The notes under the pieces are model-generated. The model saw only the letters and a list, made by a program, of their open reading frames with translations, did no database searches and was not told where the DNA came from. A stretch of 64,000 nt of DNA from Gemmatimonadota bacterium (lineage in GTDB: Bacteria > Gemmatimonadota > Gemmatimonadetes > Gemmatimonadales > Gemmatimonadaceae), in the NCBI GenBank assembly GCA_040389905.1, contig JAZJZK010000007.1, forward strand, positions 319,492-383,491. Direction: 5' to 3'. A program made the position numbers and the translations under genes. Of the stretch, positions 58,888 through 64,000 are shown piece by piece; the stretch's first letter is position 1, and each line of letters starts with the position of its first letter.

Positions 58888-60411
58888 GTGGACCCACTGG
58901 AGCTGTCCGTGCTCGCGCACGGCGTCGCAATGATTGCCGAGGAGATGGGCGCGGTACTCGTACGAAGCGCGCTCTCTCCAAACATTCGCGAACGTCGCGA
59001 CGCATCGTCCGCCGTCTTCGACGCGGCAGGCCGGATGATCGCGCAGGCGGCGCACATTCCCGTGCACCTTGGCGCGATGCCGGAATCGGTCGCCGCGGTT
59101 CGTGCGCGTAATCCGGCGCCGGGTGATGTCTTTCTGCTCAACGATCCGTATCACGGCGGTTCGCACCTCCCCGATCTGACGCTGATCGAGGCAGTCGACA
59201 TCGATGGCGAGGTGGGCGGGTTCACCGCCGTGCGCGCACACCACGCCGACGTGGGCGGTATGAGTCCAGGCAGCATGCCACAAGGCGCGACAGAGTTGGT
59301 TCAGGAAGGGCTCATCGTTCCACCGATCAGGTTGGTGCGCGCGGGCGTGCTCGACGAGGAGCTCTTGTCCTTCATTCTCGCCAACGTGCGCACGCCCGAA
59401 GAGCGACGTGGCGACCTCGGCGCGCAACTCGCTGCGTGCGCGATCGGCGCGTCAGGATGGCGCGCACTGGCGGCGCGGCTCGGCAGACCCCGACTCGATG
59501 CTGCGTGCAACGCGTTGCTCGACTACGCCGAGCGCCGTGTCCGTGCTCGGCTGGTGCCGCTGGACGGCGTTGCCGGGTTCGCAGAGGATCGGCTCGAAGG
59601 GGATGGCGTGACTGAGGCTGATATCCCGGTTCGAGTGGCGCTTCATATTCGCAATGGAACGTTGCATCTCGATCTCACAGGGAGCGCCCCCCAGGTTGCA
59701 GGGAACGTGAATTGTCCGTCGGCGGTCACACGCGCGGCGGCGGTATTCGCCGTGCGCACGCTCCTCGACGACGACGTGCCGACGAACGACGGAATCGCGC
59801 GTGCCATTTCACTCGTGCTCCCGGAACGCAGTGCCGTGAATGCCGCCTGGCCCGCTGCGGTGGCGGCAGGCAATGTGGAAATGTCGCAACGCATTGCCGA
59901 CACAATTCTCGCGGCGCTGGGCGATGCCGGCGTTGACGTCGCGGCCCAAGGGCAGGGCACGATGAACAACATCACGTTCGGCGGAGCGGGTTGGACATTC
60001 TACGAAACGCTGGGGGGCGGTCAGGGCGCGAATTCCAGGGGCGACGGACCTTCGGGTGTGCACGTGGGCATGAGCAACACACTGAACACGCCCGTCGAGT
60101 CGCTGGAGCGTTCGACGCCATTGCGAATCGATCGCTATGCGATCCGTGAAAAGTCGGGCGGCGGCGGTGCCACGCGCGGTGGGAACGGCGTCATTCGCGA
60201 GTATCGAGCGACCGCACCATGCACGGTAACGCTCTTGACCGAACGTCGCCGGCATGCGCCGCGCGGCGTGGCCGGGGGAGCAGACGGAACACCTGGAAGG
60301 AACCTGCTCAACGGTGAGGCGTTGCCGGCAAAGTGCCGCCGCACGCTCGCGGCCGGAGACGTCGTGACGATCGAGACGCCAGGCGGCGGCGGGCACGGCA
60401 TCGCAGGATGA
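58888..60411 (+). CDS. Hydantoinase B/oxoprolinase family subunit
   Basis: SPNIRERRD, HIPVHLG, NDPYHGGSHLPD, HHADVGG, YETLGGG, ETPGGGG. Confidence 0.92.
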   Translation: MDPLELSVLAHGVAMIAEEMGAVLVRSALSPNIRERRDASSAVFDAAGRMIAQAAHIPVHLGAMPESVAAVRARNPAPGDVFLLNDPYHGGSHLPDLTLIEAVDIDGEVGGFTAVRAHHADVGGMSPGSMPQGATELVQEGLIVPPIRLVRAGVLDEELLSFILANVRTPEERRGDLGAQLAACAIGASGWRALAARLGRPRLDAACNALLDYAERRVRARLVPLDGVAGFAEDRLEGDGVTEADIPVRVALHIRNGTLHLDLTGSAPQVAGNVNCPSAVTRAAAVFAVRTLLDDDVPTNDGIARAISLVLPERSAVNAAWPAAVAAGNVEMSQRIADTILAALGDAGVDVAAQGQGTMNNITFGGAGWTFYETLGGGQGANSRGDGPSGVHVGMSNTLNTPVESLERSTPLRIDRYAIREKSGGGGATRGGNGVIREYRATAPCTVTLLTERRRHAPRGVAGGADGTPGRNLLNGEALPAKCRRTLAAGDVVTIETPGGGGHGIAG

Positions 60412-61646
60412 GCCTCACCACGAAAGTCCTCATCGCGTTGGTGGCCGGCCTCGCGGTCGGTGTTGTCATCGCAACCTCCGGTAGCGCCACGCTCGCAAAC
60501 ATTCCGGGCTATCTCGAACCGGTTGGCACGATCTGGGTGAATGCGCTTCGGATGACGGTCATCCCGCTCGTCGTGTCGGCGATTCTCATCGGAGTGACAT
60601 CCCTGCCCGACCCACGTAGTGTCGGCCGAGTCGGGGGGCGGGCGCTCGCGCTCTCGCTGCTGATGCTGGCGTCTGCGGCGTTCATGTCGGCACTCGTCGC
60701 GCCCGTCGCGCTCTCGATGCTCACCATCGATCCGGCCGCTGCGGAGGCGATGCGCGCCGGCGCGAAGGCCGCGAGTGGTGACGCGGTGCAGAGCGCACAG
60801 AAGATCGCCACGTTCGCGGAATGGCTCGTCGCGTTGATTCCGCCGAACCCAGTCAAGGCGGCGGCAGATGGTGCGATGCTGCCGCTCATCGTGTTTACGC
60901 TGATCTTCGGCCTCGCGGTGACTCGCATCGATGCCGAGGGACGCGACACGCTGATGAAGTTCGTCAACGGCGTGTATGGCGCGTCACTCAACCTGATGCG
61001 CTGGGTGCTCGTTGCCGCCCCCGTCGGCGTGTTCGCGCTTACCGTGCCATTGGCCACTCGGCTCGGTCTCGCCGCGGCGGGGGCTGTGCTCTATTACGTG
61101 GTCGTTGTCGCCGGCATGTGCACGGTGTTCATGGCGCTGATGTACGTCGTCGCGTGGGTTGGCGGCGGAAAGAGCATTCGCGAGTTTGCGCGGGCGTGCG
61201 CGCCGGCGCAGGCGGTCGCAGTCAGCGCCCGCTCGTCACTGGTCGCGCTACCGGCAATGCTCGAGGGCGCCGATGGTGTCTTGGGGTTGTCGCTCCCCAT
61301 TCGCTCGTTCTTTCTCCCGCTTGCGGCGGCGACGTTCAAGGCGGGGAGCGCGATCATGATTCCGATCGGCGTCCTGTTCATGGCCAAGCTGTACGGCGTC
61401 GATGTGAGCGCGCCGCAGCTGGTCACGATCGCGCTGATGACCGTGGTGACGACGTTTGGTGTGCCTGGCGTCCCAGGCGGAACGATCATCGTCATTGTGC
61501 CGGTGCTGCTCGCCGCGGATCTGCCGGTGGCGGCGGTGGGCATTCTCCTCGGCGTGGACACCATTCCGGATATGTTCCGGACGGCGACGCACGTAACGGC
61601 GGATATGGCTGCGGCTACTGTACTCTCGCGGCACGAGCCAAGCTAA
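60408..61646 (+). CDS. Dicarboxylate/amino acid:cation symporter (DAACS)
   Basis: LRMTVIPLV, IPPNP, APVGVF, RSS, GVPGG, DMFRTATHV. Confidence 0.88.
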   Translation: MSLTTKVLIALVAGLAVGVVIATSGSATLANIPGYLEPVGTIWVNALRMTVIPLVVSAILIGVTSLPDPRSVGRVGGRALALSLLMLASAAFMSALVAPVALSMLTIDPAAAEAMRAGAKAASGDAVQSAQKIATFAEWLVALIPPNPVKAAADGAMLPLIVFTLIFGLAVTRIDAEGRDTLMKFVNGVYGASLNLMRWVLVAAPVGVFALTVPLATRLGLAAAGAVLYYVVVVAGMCTVFMALMYVVAWVGGGKSIREFARACAPAQAVAVSARSSLVALPAMLEGADGVLGLSLPIRSFFLPLAAATFKAGSAIMIPIGVLFMAKLYGVDVSAPQLVTIALMTVVTTFGVPGVPGGTIIVIVPVLLAADLPVAAVGILLGVDTIPDMFRTATHVTADMAAATVLSRHEPS

Positions 61647-61868
61647 CAGCAACAAACATACGTACGAGGTACCCGGAACCGTGTACCCGGACTGGCATCG
61701 AACCCAAGAGGAGCCATCGACACTTCGTATGGCATCGAGGCTACGCCAAACGCCGTCCGCAGTTGCGAACGGCGTTATTCGTGAGGACACTTTCTGATGG
61801 CTCTTCTTGGCCGGTATGCCAGTCAACGTACCCGGTTCGGAGTACCTCGTACGTCAGTTGTTGCTGTT
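61645..61868. repeat. Long (about 75 bp arms) imperfect inverted repeat filling the whole intergenic space
   Basis: aacagcaacaaacatacgtacgaggtacccggaacc...ccaagaggagccatc versus gatggctcttcttgg...ggttcggagtacctcgtacgtcagttgttgctgtt. Confidence 0.8.
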
Positions 61869-63823
61869 CATTCCGATGCCTTCAGGACGTCGAATACCTT
61901 CGCGCCGACAAACGCATCCAGCAGCTCCTTGTCGAGCATCCCGTCCTTCGCCTCCATGTGCAGGATGTCGATCGCGCGATCCGTTGGCACCGCGCGCTTG
62001 TACGGCCGGTCCGTCGCCGTCAACGCATCGAAGATGTCCGCAATCGTCATCATGCGCGTCTGTACGGGGATCGCGTCCGCTTGCACCGCATTCGGGTAGC
62101 CGCGTCCATTCAACTTTTCGTGATGGCCGTACGCGATCTTCGGAATGTGCTTCAGCTCACGCGTCCACGGAATCTGTTCGAGGAACCGGTACGTGTGCGT
62201 CACGTGTGATTCGATTTCGCGACGCTCCGCGTCGTCGAGGTTGCCTTTCCGAATCATGAGGAACTGCAGCTCGTTGTCCTCGAGGAGCGGACGCTCGCGT
62301 CCCTCGAAGTCGGTAAAGGTGCGCCGGTGGATCTCCTGCAGCGCTTCAAAACTGCCTTCCGGAAGCACCGTTGGTTCGTTCGAGCTCGTGATCGCAGCGA
62401 GGAACTGGAGCAATTCAGCGCGCCGCTGCTGACGGATCGCTTCGAGGCGAACGACCTCGTCCTCGTACGCCGACCTGCCATTCGCGAGAATGAAATCAGC
62501 GCGCGCTCGCTCGAACTCCAGGTCAGTCTGTTGCAGCAGGTAGCCGAAGCGGTTGCGGACGATCTCCATGTCGGGTGCATAGAGTTTTTTCTGCTTCACG
62601 AGTACCTGCTCTCGAACGCCAACCTTCCCGAAGTCATGGAGCAGGCCTGCATACCGGAGCTCGCGTAGCTCGTCGCGCGAGAAGGCCACGTCGCGATACG
62701 AGCCCTCCTTCAGGCGATCGACGACCTCGGCCAACCCAACCGTCAGCGTTGCGACGCGCGCGGAATGACCCGATGTCGCTGGGTCTCGCGATTCGATGGC
62801 CGTTACGGCGGCGGTGACGAATCCCTCGAAGAGGCGCTCGATGTCTTCGTACAACTTCCCGTTCTCGATCGCGACCGCGGCCTGTGATGCGAGTGAGCTC
62901 GTGAGCTCGACCAACCGCTCGTCGAAGGTCAGCACTTCGCGCTCGACGACATCGGACGAGGACAACCGCGTATCGGCGGTTCGTTTGCGGTTGATCAGCT
63001 GCAGCACGCCCACCACTTCGTCCCGATGCGATTTCATCGGATGGACGAGCATCGATTTCGTGCGGTAGCCAACCTTGTCGTCGAAGCTCCGGTTCTGCTT
63101 GAAGGAGCTCTCCTCCGGCAGGAGATAGACGTCACCGATGACCAGCGGCTCGCCAGTCGCGGCAGCGTAGCCGGCGAGACTGGCGTGGTTGATCGGCACC
63201 GTGAACGTGTGGAAGGGCAGGCCCGGCAACGAGTGATTCTGTGCGATCGCGCAGCGCAGGCGAAATGGGGCGCCGTTCTCGTCCTTCTCGACGAGGTACA
63301 ACGAACCGGCATCGCTATTCGTGAGCCGTCGTGCCTGTGTGAGGATGAGCTCCAGCAGCGTGTGCAGATCGCGCTCGGTGGAGAGCGCCACACCAATGGC
63401 CGTCAGTTCGGTGAGCTCACGGACACGCTCGGCCGCGAGGTCACGCGCGCGACGCTCCGCCACCAGTGCACGCGCGTGCTTGAATGCGCCACGGAGCGAT
63501 GGGATGACCACACCGACCGCCGCGTCGCCCGGAAGCCACGCGGTAATCGCTTCGACGGGAAAGCCGGGTGGCGGTTCCTTCTGCCCAACTTCACCGATGC
63601 CAACGATCGCGCAGATCAGCGCCAACTCCTGGACGCGCGTCGGGTCGTCGCCGACGCTCACGAGCAGCGCATGATCCAGGACGATGACCGTCGGCCGGTC
63701 CAGATCCATGGCGCGCGCAGTCGGGAGTGCGAGGATGTGGCGCACCTCCACATCGTCTCCGCGCCGCCCCAGGGGCGTCGTGGAGATCGTTCGACCAACC
63801 GCGGTGAGGAGGAGAGGTTTCAT
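61868..63823 (-). CDS. GAF and HD-GYP phosphodiesterase
   Basis: GAF (DAGSLY, GYRTKSML, VLQLIN), GHSARV, LLHDFGK, HHEKLNGRGYP, RPYK. Confidence 0.92.
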   Translation of the reverse strand: MKPLLLTAVGRTISTTPLGRRGDDVEVRHILALPTARAMDLDRPTVIVLDHALLVSVGDDPTRVQELALICAIVGIGEVGQKEPPPGFPVEAITAWLPGDAAVGVVIPSLRGAFKHARALVAERRARDLAAERVRELTELTAIGVALSTERDLHTLLELILTQARRLTNSDAGSLYLVEKDENGAPFRLRCAIAQNHSLPGLPFHTFTVPINHASLAGYAAATGEPLVIGDVYLLPEESSFKQNRSFDDKVGYRTKSMLVHPMKSHRDEVVGVLQLINRKRTADTRLSSSDVVEREVLTFDERLVELTSSLASQAAVAIENGKLYEDIERLFEGFVTAAVTAIESRDPATSGHSARVATLTVGLAEVVDRLKEGSYRDVAFSRDELRELRYAGLLHDFGKVGVREQVLVKQKKLYAPDMEIVRNRFGYLLQQTDLEFERARADFILANGRSAYEDEVVRLEAIRQQRRAELLQFLAAITSSNEPTVLPEGSFEALQEIHRRTFTDFEGRERPLLEDNELQFLMIRKGNLDDAERREIESHVTHTYRFLEQIPWTRELKHIPKIAYGHHEKLNGRGYPNAVQADAIPVQTRMMTIADIFDALTATDRPYKRAVPTDRAIDILHMEAKDGMLDKELLDAFVGAKVFDVLKASE

Positions 63824-63833
63824 GTCACCAAAG

Positions 63834-63878
63834 AAAAAACCCGCCGATGTCCGTAAGATGGACACCGGCGGGTTTTTT
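63834..63878. terminator. Rho-independent terminator (bidirectional shape)
   Basis: aaaaaacccgccg-atgtcc...ggacac-cggcgggtttttt. Confidence 0.8.
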
Positions 63879-63891
63879 CGTCAGTAGAGAA

Positions 63892-64000
63892 TCAGGTACC
63901 CTTTTTCAGGCTCGCCACTTCGGTCGCGGCCGGCGTGTACCCCGGGAACTCCTTGAGCACGGCGCCGAACAGTTCGAGCGCGTCGCTCTTCTTGCCCTTG
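63892..64000 (-). CDS. 3' end of an upstream gene, TPR-like helix (partial)
   Basis: Minus-strand translation KGKKSDALELFGAVLKEFPGYTPAATEVASLKKGT*, followed by the terminator. Confidence 0.6.
   Translation of the reverse strand, partial: KGKKSDALELFGAVLKEFPGYTPAATEVASLKKGT

Overview
GC-rich bacterial chromosomal segment. Gene content and style suggest Gemmatimonadota (inference only). It carries about 47 genes: housekeeping (lepB, a sigma-70 factor, rimO, yajQ, thpR, larE, comM/yifB-like), envelope genes (two TonB-receptor-like paralogs, carboxypeptidase-regulatory-domain paralogs, a PEP-CTERM protein, Lnb/DUF4105, SpoIID), a vapBC toxin-antitoxin pair and a hydantoinase/oxoprolinase operon. 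No tRNA, rRNA or CRISPR array was seen. Main points of interest: (1) an ECF sigma/anti-sigma operon with three secreted HEAT-repeat proteins, whose putative promoter CAAC-N17-TGTC recurs in front of a fourth HEAT gene and a TonB-like gene, suggesting a local regulon; (2) a MerB-like gene with an in-frame UGA at a catalytic Cys position followed by an fdhF-like SECIS hairpin, probably a selenoprotein; (3) a small GIY-YIG nuclease gene bracketed by inverted copies of a palindromic repeat found at about 12 loci in the window, with nested copies and one exact 30-codon in-frame insertion in a signal peptide; (4) further MITE-like inverted repeats, apparent leaderless genes and two broken genes. Product calls are from motif recognition by eye, with no database search.
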